Shown here piece by piece: positions 32,750 to 43,992 of a stretch of DNA of 64,000 bases. Where the stretch lies: the NCBI GenBank assembly GCA_963711845.1, contig CAVQFR010000015.1, forward strand, positions 150,347 through 214,346. Reading direction: 5' to 3'. The stretch's first letter is position 1. Every line of letters starts with the position of its first letter. The notes beneath the pieces were generated by a model, which worked only from the letters and a program-made list of their open reading frames with translations, had not been told where the DNA came from and did not search any database. The position numbers and the translations under genes were made by a program. Origin of the DNA: an uncultured delta proteobacterium (GTDB taxonomy: Bacteria; Desulfobacterota; BSN033; UBA1163).

Positions 32750-33444
32750 CCGGATTTTTCCTCACTTATTCCTCTGCTTTCTTGTGCTCAATCTTTCTTG
32801 TAAGTCCTCCATCCTTAACGCTATCTATGACATCTGGGGTTTATTTTGAAATCATGCTGCTAGCATTCGCCGTATAGACGACTCCAATTCCCATAATTCT
32901 TTTTGATTTTTCCAATGAGAATTAGTAAGCTAACCTCGCAGAGTGTCCGTGTTGAACGGCTCGAAAGCACGCCTGTGCCTAGTCTGTTTAGAAGGAATTA
33001 ATATTGTTGAGCTCCCATTACCAATAGAGCCGACCAAATGGGAAATGGAGATCGTGATAAAAAAAATTATCATTGTGATGTTACGGGTAAGTTGAGGAAG
33101 CAGAACGGGAACAGTTCCTTCCCCGCTGTCCCGCTGTTACATGGCCGTTGCGAAATTGTCACCGAAACGTAAGCGGATAATTCAAGATTTCTGAAAAATG
33201 GAGGACTCACGAATAAGAGAAGATGGAAATGTCGTTTTCTTACCCAGAGGGCGATAGGAAATTAACCAAAAGAATCCTTGGACAGTCAACCGTTCCCTGG
33301 GTTCAATTTCAAATGGTTCTGAGGGATATCACCGGCAGCGGCGGATCTGAGAAAAGTTTTGTCGGTCCTTGAGTATTTCACATAGTCCTTGGCTTGAAAT
33401 AAATCAAGAGATGGCCTAAATTTTAAGAAACAGAGGGATCTTTA

Positions 33445-35280
33445 ATGATTGTTCATAGTCTTAGGGCAAAATTTATGCTCCTCTTTTTTATGTTCTTCTT
33501 CGTCCCTTATGGTGTGCTGACCTTCTTTTCCGTCTCCGTCAGCAGGGGGATGATGAAAAAGAGTATGATGGACCATTTGCAAAACCTTGTTGAAGTCAAA
33601 GAGACAGCGATTGAACAATGGCTTAAGGAGAGGGTTTCGGACGGGAAGACAATCGCGGAAAGCCAGGAGGTTAAATCTCTGGACCCAAATCGGATTAAAC
33701 CATTCTTATCTCTTATAAAACATTTTGAACGTGCCTATCTTGAGATTTGGGTCTTAAATTTAAAAGGACAAATCGTATCAGGGAATCTTTCCAATGCCTC
33801 TTTTGAAAAAGAGGAATGGTTCCAGAGGGCGATTAAAGAGGAAAGGTTAATTCTAGATCCTGGACTTCAGCCCAAATCACTCCAACCAGCCATTATTATT
33901 TCTTTCAGCATTAAGGATGCGAGGGGTCGCCCTATGGGAGTTCTCAAAGAGTTGATCGATTTAACCTATATTACCGAGTTGATATCCGAGTCCAAATTGG
34001 GGGAAACAGGGAAACTTTTTATCGTCAATCCTCAAGGGGAATTTGTCGTCTCTAATAGATTAATAGAACTTCTAAGAAAAGGGACGTCGAGAGTTCCTTA
34101 CTTTGAAAAGATCCAGCTCCAGCCAGGCTACACCGGGGTATATACGGATTACATGGGACATGAGGTTTTAGGATCGTGGAAATGGATTCCAAACCTCCGA
34201 TGCTATCTTATCGCGGAGCAAGGTACAAAGGAGGCTTTCTATGCGATTGACCTCCTGGTCAAAAAAGCCTTCGCCATTTTCATCATTTCAATCGTTTTGA
34301 TCCTTGGAATCTCATATTGGGTCATTGGGAGAGTAACCGGTCCGGTCAAACATTTGAGCAAGGTGGTCGCCTCTTTCGCGGAGGGTCATTTTGAGAAAAC
34401 CGTTTCATCCAGTCGGGAGGATGAAATCGGGAAATTGATCGCCGGGTTTAACCTGATGGCCGAGAAGCTGAAGAAAGCTTACTTAGAGTTGGAAGGAAAG
34501 GTTGAAGCGTCCGATAAAGAATTGCAGATTGCCTACCAGGTGCTTAAGCAGAGGCAGGAGCAACTGATCCGATCGGAAAAAATGGCCGCTCTTGGGCAAC
34601 TTTCTGCTGGTATCGCCCATGAGGTTCGCAACCCGCTTACTTCCTTCAAGATTTTCATTCAATCTTTAGAGAAGGAGATGGATTTAGAGGATCATCAGAA
34701 GGAGGATTTCAGGATCATCATGAAAGAGATTGATCGCATCAACGAAAATATCACGCGCTTTCTGAATTTTGCGAGACCTGAAGAGCCCCTGTTTCAAGCG
34801 ATTAAGGTCAATTCGCTTTTACAAGATACTATCAACTTAATGGGTGCGAAGTTGAAAAACAGTGGCATTCGTCTGGACATTTTACTCCCAGATGAGCATC
34901 CGCCAGTGGAAGGCGACCCGAGGCAATTGACTCAGGTTTTTCTCAATCTCCTTCTCAATGCCATTGAGGCGATGCCCCACGGAGGGACTTTGACGATCAG
35001 ATCCGTCGTGAAGGTAAATCCAGATACGCTCCAGGAGTCCCTTCAAACGATGATTAAAGACACAGGTCATGGGATTCCCGAAAAAGATCAACCCTATCTA
35101 TTTGACCCTTTTTTTACAACGAAGGCTGGAGGAACAGGCTTAGGTCTTTCGATTGTCTATTCCATTATTCAGAAACATAATGGTCGGATTGAGGTGGAGA
35201 GCGAATTGGGAAAGGGATCTTCTTTCATCCTGTCATTACCCATTCAGAAGGAGGGTGCATGGAAAGCATTCTCATCGTAG
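33445..35280 (+). CDS. Membrane sensor histidine kinase (Cache-like, HAMP, HisKA, HATPase)
   Basis: Two TMs, REDEIG, IAHEVRNPL, FDPFFTTK, GTGLGL. Confidence 0.93.
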   Translation: MIVHSLRAKFMLLFFMFFFVPYGVLTFFSVSVSRGMMKKSMMDHLQNLVEVKETAIEQWLKERVSDGKTIAESQEVKSLDPNRIKPFLSLIKHFERAYLEIWVLNLKGQIVSGNLSNASFEKEEWFQRAIKEERLILDPGLQPKSLQPAIIISFSIKDARGRPMGVLKELIDLTYITELISESKLGETGKLFIVNPQGEFVVSNRLIELLRKGTSRVPYFEKIQLQPGYTGVYTDYMGHEVLGSWKWIPNLRCYLIAEQGTKEAFYAIDLLVKKAFAIFIISIVLILGISYWVIGRVTGPVKHLSKVVASFAEGHFEKTVSSSREDEIGKLIAGFNLMAEKLKKAYLELEGKVEASDKELQIAYQVLKQRQEQLIRSEKMAALGQLSAGIAHEVRNPLTSFKIFIQSLEKEMDLEDHQKEDFRIIMKEIDRINENITRFLNFARPEEPLFQAIKVNSLLQDTINLMGAKLKNSGIRLDILLPDEHPPVEGDPRQLTQVFLNLLLNAIEAMPHGGTLTIRSVVKVNPDTLQESLQTMIKDTGHGIPEKDQPYLFDPFFTTKAGGTGLGLSIVYSIIQKHNGRIEVESELGKGSSFILSLPIQKEGAWKAFSS

Positions 35281-36707
35281 ACGACGACCTAAGTTTATGC
35301 CATTTTCTGACGAAGGCATTATTCCAGAAGGGATACCAAGTCATCCCTTGCCATAGCGGCAGAGAAGCCCTGGACGTCGTTCGCAGGCAGGAAACTGACC
35401 TTATCCTCCTTGACAATAAACTGCCGGATCAGAATGGACTCGAAATACTCAAGGAGATCAAGCAAGGTCACCCCAAGGTTCCCATCATCATTATGACAGC
35501 TTTTGGGACAACGGGGACTGCTATCGAAGCGATGCGGCTTGGAGCTTTTGACTACATTCTCAAACCCTTTGAACTCGATGAAATCTTTGAACTCGTAGCC
35601 AAAGGGTTGGAGGCCCATAAGTTGATGAACAGGGCTGTGGACATTCCAACCCTTTCCGAATACAAGGAAGATTCGGATCAGATCATTGGTAAAAGCAAGG
35701 TCATGCAGGAGGTCTATAAATTGATCGGTCAGGTCGCCGAGAGTGATGTGACCGTGCTCATTCGGGGGGAGAGCGGAACAGGAAAGGAACTGGTGGCGAG
35801 GGCGATTTATCAGTACAGCCGGAGAAAGGATCGCCCTTTTCTTGCAATCAATTGTGCAGCTATACCAGAGACCCTGTTGGAAAGCGAGCTCTTCGGACAT
35901 GAAAAAGGCGCATTTACCGGGGCGAACAGGCGACGGCTTGGAAAGTTTGAACAATGCGATAAGGGGACCATCTTGCTCGATGAGATTGGCGACATGTCCC
36001 TTTCAACTCAGGCAAAGATTCTCAGGGTTTTACAGGAAGGTGAATTTGAACGCATTGGGGGTAACGAAACGGTCAGGGTGGACGTGAGAGTCTTAACATC
36101 CACGAATCGTAAATTGGAGGAGCTGATCAAACAGGGGAAATTTAGAGAAGATCTCTATTATCGTCTAAAAATCATGCCGATTATGTTGCCACCTCTACGG
36201 GAACATAAAGAGGATGTCAAAGCGTTAACCGAATATTTCTTCCACCTTTACAGCCGACAGATGACCACCGGGGTTTCGCATATCGATCCTTCCGCATTTG
36301 AAAAGCTGGCCTCGTATGATTGGCCGGGCAATGTGAGGGAACTGGCAAATACGATTAACAGAAGTCTTATCCTATGCAAAGGAGAAGTCATGTCTGCCGA
36401 AGATATTGTTTTCGACGCAGAAAGCAAAATCCTTTCCTTTGCGAATGAACAAGAGTTAGAAGATAACCTGGCTAAAATGCTCGGCCCTCTTTTTACAGAT
36501 ATTCTTCGGTTCTGGGGAAAAGGTCTCCGTTCAAACCTCCTGGATAAAATTGAAAAATTTCTCATCCAAAAGGCACTCGCTGAGACGAAGGGAAATCAGG
36601 TTCAAGCAGCTAAACTGCTAGGAATCAGCCGAAATACATTACGCAATCGAATAGATAAATACAACTTATTATCGCAAAAAGAACCCAGAATTGTGGAGGT
36701 CGAATGA
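35259..36707 (+). CDS. Sigma54-dependent NtrC-family response regulator
   Basis: [25 protein letters not shown], Fis-type HTH. Confidence 0.96.
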   Translation: MESILIVDDDLSLCHFLTKALFQKGYQVIPCHSGREALDVVRRQETDLILLDNKLPDQNGLEILKEIKQGHPKVPIIIMTAFGTTGTAIEAMRLGAFDYILKPFELDEIFELVAKGLEAHKLMNRAVDIPTLSEYKEDSDQIIGKSKVMQEVYKLIGQVAESDVTVLIRGESGTGKELVARAIYQYSRRKDRPFLAINCAAIPETLLESELFGHEKGAFTGANRRRLGKFEQCDKGTILLDEIGDMSLSTQAKILRVLQEGEFERIGGNETVRVDVRVLTSTNRKLEELIKQGKFREDLYYRLKIMPIMLPPLREHKEDVKALTEYFFHLYSRQMTTGVSHIDPSAFEKLASYDWPGNVRELANTINRSLILCKGEVMSAEDIVFDAESKILSFANEQELEDNLAKMLGPLFTDILRFWGKGLRSNLLDKIEKFLIQKALAETKGNQVQAAKLLGISRNTLRNRIDKYNLLSQKEPRIVEVE

Positions 36708-36953
36708 GTTCCTGTCTAGATCCCCATCGGAGTTATTCCGGCCGCGTGGACTGCATGCTTGCAGTGTTAATTATCTCAAATCTGCTAAAATTTCTGCTGA
36801 TAAATCACCACCCCTGTTCAATCCTTGATCACATCTCAACCAACTAAATTAATTAACTTATCTTCTCATCCGTTATTTCTTCATCTATTACCTGAACAAT
36901 GGGGGAACAAATCGTCTTTCCCAAATTAGAAGCTGCAAAAAACTACTCAATGA

Positions 36954-37007
36954 AATCAATAGGTTGTTTTTTGTCTTCAGAACTTGCTGGTCGGCATTAA
37001 ATTCGCA
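36954..37007 (+). promoter_or_regulatory. IHF site plus putative sigma54 (-24/-12) promoter
   Basis: AATCAATAGGTTG fits WATCAAN4TTR; CGGCATTAAATTCGCA has GG-N10-GC; both conserved in copy B. Confidence 0.5.
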
Positions 37008-37439
37008 GTTTCTAGTAGAAAAATTACAAAGGGTGATTTTTGTGCAAAAACAAGACCAGCATCGTAAATATCGAAAACCTACAATAATTTCATTCTGTTT
37101 GACGTTTCAAGCGAAGATTTCTAACGGTCTCCATCTTTGCAAATAGTATGTCATTGCCATCTTGCCTTAGAGAAAAAGATTGCATGCTGAAGATACCGAG
37201 GTCGATTTATGTCTTTCTGTTCGAAGGACGGATTATGTTCTTGCTTCTCTACTTTCGATTGAAGAGAATAAGAGTAACTATAAGCAATCGGTTGAAATTT
37301 TCGAACATTAGGAAATGGCTTACAACTTTTGAAGCACCTAGTTTAGATCCCAAGAAATAGCTTAGAGAAACATCTTTCTCAAGAAGTCTTCGCCTACCAT
37401 AGAGATTATTTAATCCATCAGAGGAAAGGGGTCTTAGGT

Positions 37440-40181
37440 ATGTCAAACTGGCATTCAATGGGAACAGACCAAGTCTTAAAGGAACTTAATACGGATCCTC
37501 ATCAGGGTTTAACCGAAGATGATGTTAGAAAGCGCATTGAAAAATATGGCTATAATGAATTGAAGAAGGAGGAGGGGGTTTCTCCCTTCACCCTCTTCAT
37601 CAACCAGTTCAAAAACATCCTCATCATCATTCTCTTGATCGCTACTCTCCTCTCAGCTCTGGTGGGTGAAACATTTGACGCGGCGCTCATTCTGGTGATC
37701 GTTGTCTTCTGTGCCGTTCTCGGATTTATTCAGGAGTATCGTGCAGAACGCGCACTTGAGGCATTAAAAAAGATGCTTTCCCCTACCATCACCGCGTTGA
37801 GGGGAGGCAAAGAAGAAGAAGTGCCCTCGAAGGATCTCGTTCCCGGCGATATATTGCTTCTGGAGGCTGGAGACAAGATTCCTACGGATGCAAGGTTAGT
37901 TGAAAATCACTCGCTACGTTGCGATGAGGCCCCTCTAACAGGAGAATCCGCCCCTGTTGGCAAGGATATCAAGCCCCTCCCTGAGAATGTCCGCGTCAAC
38001 GACAAGAAGAATATGGTTTTCACAGGGACCACCGTGACCTATGGGAGAGGCAAGGCAGTCGTCACCTCCACCGGAATGAATACGGAGTTTGGCAAGATTG
38101 CCGAGGAGGTGACAGCGGTCGCGACAGAGAAGACCCCTCTTGAGAAACGGACGGACGAGATAGGCAAGTGGCTTGGCATCATTTCTTTTGCTATCTGTTT
38201 CCTTGTTGCAGCCGTGAGTGTAGCGAGGGAAATTATGGGTGGGGGGAAAGTTGACCTGCCGTTTATCGTAACCATGGTGATGTTCGCCGTCTCCCTTGCG
38301 GTGGCAGCCGTTCCCGAAGCACTCGCCGCCATTGTCACAGGAGCCCTTGCCATTGGGATGCATCAGATGGCGAAGAGAAACGCCCTGGTCAGAAAGATGC
38401 CTGCGGTTGAAACTCTTGGATGTACCACTGTCATTTGCTCGGATAAAACAGGGACACTCACCAAGGGGGAAATGACGGTGAGAAAGATATTTGCAGGGGG
38501 CAGGGCGATAGAAGTGACGGGGGCTGGTTACGAACCCAAGGGGGAATTTAAGGGGTCAGAGATTGATATTAAAAAAAATAGACCTCTCCAATTACTTCTT
38601 CAGGGAGGACTCCTCTGCAGCGATGCCGTATTAGAAGAAAAAGAGGGCAAGTGGATCATTAAGGGTGATCCGACAGAGGGTGCCCTGGTTGTGGCTGCGG
38701 TGAAGGCAGGCTTCCATGAGACCGAGATGCGGCTTGAGAATCCGAGGATAGAAGAGTTACCTTTCAGTTCCGAAAGGAAACGCATGACGACCATCCATCA
38801 AATGGAGGATGGCAAAAAAACCGCCTTTATGAAGGGTGCTCCGGAAGTGATTCTGGGTAAGTGTTCTCATATTCTATCCGACGGGGAAATCAGGGAACTC
38901 GGAGAGATAGCAAAGAGTGAGATATTGAAGGCCAACGAAGAAATGGCTCAGGCAGCATTGAGGGTTCTTGGGTTCGCATACAAGGAATGCTCCGATGCGA
39001 TTCAATGCACGGAGGAAGATCTTGAGCACCATATGGTGTTTGTCGGTCTCTCAGGGATGATGGACCCGCCGAGGGGAGAGGCCATTGAGGCTATCGGTGT
39101 ATGCAAACAGGTAGGCATCAGATCTATCATGATTACGGGAGATCATAAGCTCACGGCCGTTGCCATCGCAAAGGAAATGGGAGTTTTTAAAGATGGCGAT
39201 AAGGTATTGACCGGTGAGGAATTAGAGAGCATGTCTGAAGAAGAACTTGAGAAGATCGTTGATAAGGTAACTGTCTATGCCAGGGTATCGCCGATGGATA
39301 AGTTAAAAATCGTCAAGGCATGGAAGGCGAGGGGAGAAGTGGTTGCCATGACAGGCGATGGAGTCAATGATGCCCCGGCGCTTAAGCATGCTGATATTGG
39401 AGTGGCCATGGGCATCACAGGGACAGAGGTGACGAAAGAGGCAGCGGATATGGTTCTGAGCGATGACAACTTTGCGACTATTGTAAAGGCGATTGAACGT
39501 GGCAGGTGGATTTACGACAACATCAAGAAATATCTCACCTATCTCCTGAGGTGCAACATTACGGAAGTGGTGGTGATTGGAGGGGTGGTATTGATTTCGG
39601 GTCCAAAATATTTACCCTTGCTGGCCGGAGCCATTTTGTACATCAATCTGGTAACCGACGGACTCCCTGCACTTGCCCTGGGAATATCCCCTCCGGATCC
39701 GGATATTATGGAGAGGCCACCGAGAAACCCAAAGGAGAGCGTCTTTTCATGGGACGTAAGGGCATTCATTCTACTGGCACTGGTTGTCGAGATCCCCTTC
39801 TTCTTCTATCTCTTCTATAACGAACTTTACGATATCACCCATGCGAGGACAGAAACATTCTTCCTTTTTATCATCATAGAACTTATCATCGCCCTCAACT
39901 TTCGTTCGATGAGATACAGCGTGTTTAAGTCACCTCCCCACATGTGGCTTGTCCTTTCTATTGTATCGCAAATCATATTGACAGCGGTACTCATTCAAAT
40001 CCCATCGATACGCGATTCCTTTGGGATCATCAAACCCTCGACCTCGGATATCGGGATCATATTGGCTTTTGGGGTGATCGTATTTATCTCCATGGAGGTG
40101 ATCAAGGCTATTTTAAGGAGAAAGATGGTTTCAACACGAAGGACATTTAAGTTGTCTGCCAAACCATCAGTTAGATATTAA
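37440..40181 (+). CDS. Type IIA (Ca2+-like) cation-transporting P-type ATPase
   Basis: TGES, VPEAL, DKTGTLT, GDPTE, KGAPE, MTGDGVNDAP, NLVTDGLPAL. Confidence 0.96.
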   Translation: MSNWHSMGTDQVLKELNTDPHQGLTEDDVRKRIEKYGYNELKKEEGVSPFTLFINQFKNILIIILLIATLLSALVGETFDAALILVIVVFCAVLGFIQEYRAERALEALKKMLSPTITALRGGKEEEVPSKDLVPGDILLLEAGDKIPTDARLVENHSLRCDEAPLTGESAPVGKDIKPLPENVRVNDKKNMVFTGTTVTYGRGKAVVTSTGMNTEFGKIAEEVTAVATEKTPLEKRTDEIGKWLGIISFAICFLVAAVSVAREIMGGGKVDLPFIVTMVMFAVSLAVAAVPEALAAIVTGALAIGMHQMAKRNALVRKMPAVETLGCTTVICSDKTGTLTKGEMTVRKIFAGGRAIEVTGAGYEPKGEFKGSEIDIKKNRPLQLLLQGGLLCSDAVLEEKEGKWIIKGDPTEGALVVAAVKAGFHETEMRLENPRIEELPFSSERKRMTTIHQMEDGKKTAFMKGAPEVILGKCSHILSDGEIRELGEIAKSEILKANEEMAQAALRVLGFAYKECSDAIQCTEEDLEHHMVFVGLSGMMDPPRGEAIEAIGVCKQVGIRSIMITGDHKLTAVAIAKEMGVFKDGDKVLTGEELESMSEEELEKIVDKVTVYARVSPMDKLKIVKAWKARGEVVAMTGDGVNDAPALKHADIGVAMGITGTEVTKEAADMVLSDDNFATIVKAIERGRWIYDNIKKYLTYLLRCNITEVVVIGGVVLISGPKYLPLLAGAILYINLVTDGLPALALGISPPDPDIMERPPRNPKESVFSWDVRAFILLALVVEIPFFFYLFYNELYDITHARTETFFLFIIIELIIALNFRSMRYSVFKSPPHMWLVLSIVSQIILTAVLIQIPSIRDSFGIIKPSTSDIGIILAFGVIVFISMEVIKAILRRKMVSTRRTFKLSAKPSVRY

Positions 40182-40261
40182 ATCAGGCCCTCTCAAGCCT
40201 AGGACGCCTTTTGTGACATTTTTTCTTCTCTTTGATTCCAAGGGGAAGGGGGTGAACGAAG

Positions 40262-40465
40262 ATGGGGGACATAGGAATCAACTTCAGCTGGGGTTATGTT
40301 GGGGCTATCGTTGTTGGGGTATTCATTGGTTTCGTGGTAGGAGAAGTCGTCGAAAGAGGATTAAGAGATGTCTGGGCAAGAAGAAGACGGGAATTGTCTT
40401 CGAAGATGCCAAAACGCGATTTAACCCAACAAAGGATATCGCAGACAGCTATAAATTCAAAATAA
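40262..40465 (+). CDS. 67-aa single-TM small protein
   Basis: GGGGGTG RBS; TM YVGAIVVGVFIGFVVG; the 5 differences seen versus copy B are all synonymous. Confidence 0.75.
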   Translation: MGDIGINFSWGYVGAIVVGVFIGFVVGEVVERGLRDVWARRRRELSSKMPKRDLTQQRISQTAINSK

Positions 40466-41023
40466 CCAGTTTTGATTTAAGGAAGGACTTAAAGAAAAAG
40501 TGACTACCCAATCAATTGGCTTGCTTTATATCCAATACTAAAGGCTTCATTCATTTTACAAAACTTGCCATCCCTTTTTTTCTTCATAAGTATATCAAGT
40601 GAAGTATTTATTGTTTTCTCTGGGATGCCAACTGTTCGATAAGATCCTTTAAAAAGGCATCCCAGGATGACTTACAGCGATGATATCTCCTGAGATGGTC
40701 ATCGCTGCGGGATAAAGGCTTCTCAGGGAGTCACAGTGAAGTTGACCCGATTCAGTCTCGAGCCTTTCCTTGGTGTGGCTATCAGAAGTTGGATTTAATA
40801 GATGAAAATTGGTTCACTACCAGCAATCCTGCTATCCCTTACTAGGAGATGAAAAAGACCGGCAAGGATTTGCTCATAAACCTTAAAAGCAACCTTAGAG
40901 TGGACATTTGTGCATTCTGAAATTTGAATCCACCCGTAGATTAGACTCTGTTTATTTACTTTTATCACTGAATAACTTCCAAAAGTTCTTCGACCAGGGA
41001 GCGGGCTTCCGCTTCAGGCAAAC

Positions 41024-42564
41024 TGAGATTTTGGTCTTGAATTTAAAGGACAAATCGTATCAGAGAATCTTTCCAATGCCTCTTTTGAAAAAGAGGAATG
41101 GTTCCAAAGGGCGCTTAAAGAGGAAACGTTAATTCTAGGGCCTACACTTCAGCCCAAATCCCTCCAACCATCCATTATTATTTCTTTCAGCATTAAGGAT
41201 GCGAGGGGTCGCCCTATGGGAGTCTTCAAAGCGTTAATTGATTTAACCTATATTACCGAGTTGATATCCGAGTCCAAATTGGGGAAAACAGGAAAACTTT
41301 TTATCGTCAATCCTCAAGGGGAATTTGTTGTCTCGTAATAGATTAATAGAACTTCTGAAAAAAGGGACGTCGAGAGTTCCTTACTTTGAAAGAGATCGAG
41401 CTCCAGCCAAGTTACACCGGGGTATATACGGATTACATGGGACATGAGGCTTTAGGATCGTGGAAATGGATTCCAAACCTCCGATGTTATCTTATCGCGG
41501 AGCAAGGTACAAAGGAGGCTTTCTATGAGATTGACCTCCTGGTCAAAAAGGCCTTCGCCATTTTCATCATTTCAATCGTTTTGATCCTTGGAATCTCATA
41601 TTGGGTCATTGGGAGAGTAACCGGCCCGGTCAAACATTTGAGCAAGGCGGTCGCCTCTTTCGCGGAGGGTCATTTTGAGAAAACCGTTTCATCCAGTCGG
41701 GAGGATGAAATCGGGAAATTGATCGCCGGGTTTAACGTGATGGCCGAGAAGCTGAAGAAAGCCTACTCAGAGTTGGAAGGAAAGGTTGAATCGTCCGATA
41801 AAGAATTGCAGATTGCCTACCAGGTGCTTAAGCAGAGGCAGGAGCAACTGATCCGATCGGAAAAAATGGCCGCCCTTGGGCAACTTTCTGCTGGGATCGC
41901 CCATGAGGTTCGGAACCCGCTTACTTCCTTCAAGATTTTCATTCAATCTTTAGAAAAGGAGATGGATTTAGAGGATCATCAGAAGGAGGATTTCAGGATC
42001 ATCTTGAAAGAGATTGATCGCATCAACGAAAATATCACGCGCTTTCTGAATTTTGCGAGACCTGAAGAGCCCCTGTTTCAAGCAATTAAGGTTAATTCGC
42101 TTTTGCAGGATACTATCAACTTACTGGGTGCAAAGTTGAAAAACAGTGGCATTCGTCTGGACATTTTACTCCTAGATGAGCATCCGCCAGTGGAAGGCGA
42201 CCCGAGGCAATTGACTCAGGTTTTTCTCAATCTCCTTCTCAATGCCATTGAGGCGATGCCCCACGGAGGGACTTTGACGATCAGATCCGTCGTGAAGGTA
42301 AATCCAGATACGCTTGAAGAATCTCTTCAAACGATGATTAAAGACACAGGTCATGGGATTCCAGAAAAAGATCAACCCTATCTATTTGACCCTTTTTTTA
42401 CAACGAAGGCTGGAGGAACAGGGTTAGGTCTTTCGATTGTCTATTCCATTATTCAGAAACATAATGGTCGGATTGAGGTGGAGAGCGAATTGGGAAAGGG
42501 ATCTTCTTTCATCCTGTCATTGCCCATTCAGAAGGAGGGTGCATGGAAAGCATTCTCATCGTAG
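41024..42564 (+). pseudogene. 5'-truncated, frameshifted copy of the histidine kinase
   Basis: Near-identical to 33741-35280; first about 100 codons absent; indels before 41390. Confidence 0.85.
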
Positions 42565-43992
42565 ACGACGACCTAAGTTTATGCCATTTTCTGACCAAGG
42601 CATTATTCCAGAAAGGATACCAAGTCATCCCTTGCCATAGCGGCAGAGAAGCCCTGGACGTCGTTCGCGGACAGGAGACTGATCTTATCCTCCTTGACAA
42701 TAAACTGCCGGATCAGAATGGACTCGAAATACTCAAGGAGATCAAGCAAGGTCACCCCAAGGTTCCCATCATCATTATGACAGCTTTTGGGACAACGGGG
42801 ACTGCTATCGAAGCGATGCGGCTTGGAGCTTTTGACTACATTCTCAAACCCTTTGAACTCGATGAAATCTCTGAACTCGTAGCCAAAGGGTTGGAGGCTC
42901 ATAAGTTGATGAACAGGGCTGTGGACATTCCCAACCCTTTCCGAATACAAGGAAGATTCGGATCAGATCATCGGTAAAAGCAAGGTCATGCAGGAGGTCT
43001 ATAAATTGATTGGTCAGGTCGCCGAGAGTGATGTGACCGTACTCATTCGGGGGGAGAGCGGAACAGGAAAGGAACTGGTGGCGAGGGCGATTTATCAGTA
43101 CAGCCGGAGAAAGGATCGCCCTTTTCTCGCAATCAATTGTGCAGCCATTCCAGAGACCCTGTTGGAAAGCGAGCTCTTCGGATATGAAAAAGGGGCATTT
43201 ACCGGGGCGAACAGGCGACGGATAGGAAAGTTTGAACAATGCGATAAGGGGACCATTTTGCTCGATGAGATTGGCGACATGTCCCTTTCAACTCAGGCGA
43301 AGATTCTCAGGGTCTTACAGGAAGGTGAATTTGAACGCATTGGGGGGAACGAAACGGTCAGGGTGGACGTGAGAGTCTTAACGTCCACGAATCGGAAATT
43401 GGAGGAGCTGATCAAACAGGGAAAATTTAGAGAAGATCTCTATTATCGTCTAAAGATCATGCCGATTATGTTGCCACCTCTAAGGGAACATAAAGAGGAT
43501 GTCAAAGCCTTAACCGAATATTTCTTCCACCTTTACAACCGACAGATGACCACCGGGGTTTCGCATATCGATCCTTCTGCATTTGAAAAGCTGGTCTCGT
43601 ATGACTGGCCGGGCAATGTGAGGGAACTGGCAAATACGATTAACAGAAGCCTTATCCTTTGCAAAGGAGAGGTAATGTCTGCCGAAGATATTGTTTTCGA
43701 CGCAGAAAGTGAAGCCATCTCCTTTGCAAATGAACAAGAGTTAGAGAATAACCTGGCTAAAATACTCGACCCTCTTTTTACAGATATTCTTCGCTTCTGG
43801 GGAAAAGGTCTCCGTTCAAACCTCCTGGAAAAAATTGAGAAATTTCTCATCCAAAAGGCACTCGCTGAGACGAAAGGAAATCAGGTTCAAGCAGCTAAAC
43901 TGCTAGGAATCAGCCGCAATACATTACGCAATCGAATAGATAAGTACAACTTATTATCGCAAAAACAACCCAGTATTGTGGAGGTCGAATGA
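42543..43992 (+). pseudogene. Sigma54 response regulator copy with one frameshift (about 42930; possibly a sequencing error)
   Basis: attcccaac vs attccaac in copy A; ORFs 42543-42977 and 42988-43992. Confidence 0.85.

Larger units (their letters stand above)
33741..41023. repeat. Copy A of 7.3-kb tandem block
   Basis: Colinear with 41024-48334, from tgagatttgg to ggcaaac. Confidence 0.9.

Noticed and set aside
33285-33320. tRNA-like cctgggttcaatt fragment
   Set aside because: No cloverleaf or acceptor stem
37148-37360. 70-aa leader ORF, or a yybP-ykoY/M-box riboswitch before the ATPase
   Set aside because: Mostly non-synonymous changes between copies; riboswitch consensus motifs not seen
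40213-40503. 96-aa ORF overlapping the microprotein
   Set aside because: Differences versus copy B are mostly non-synonymous in this frame
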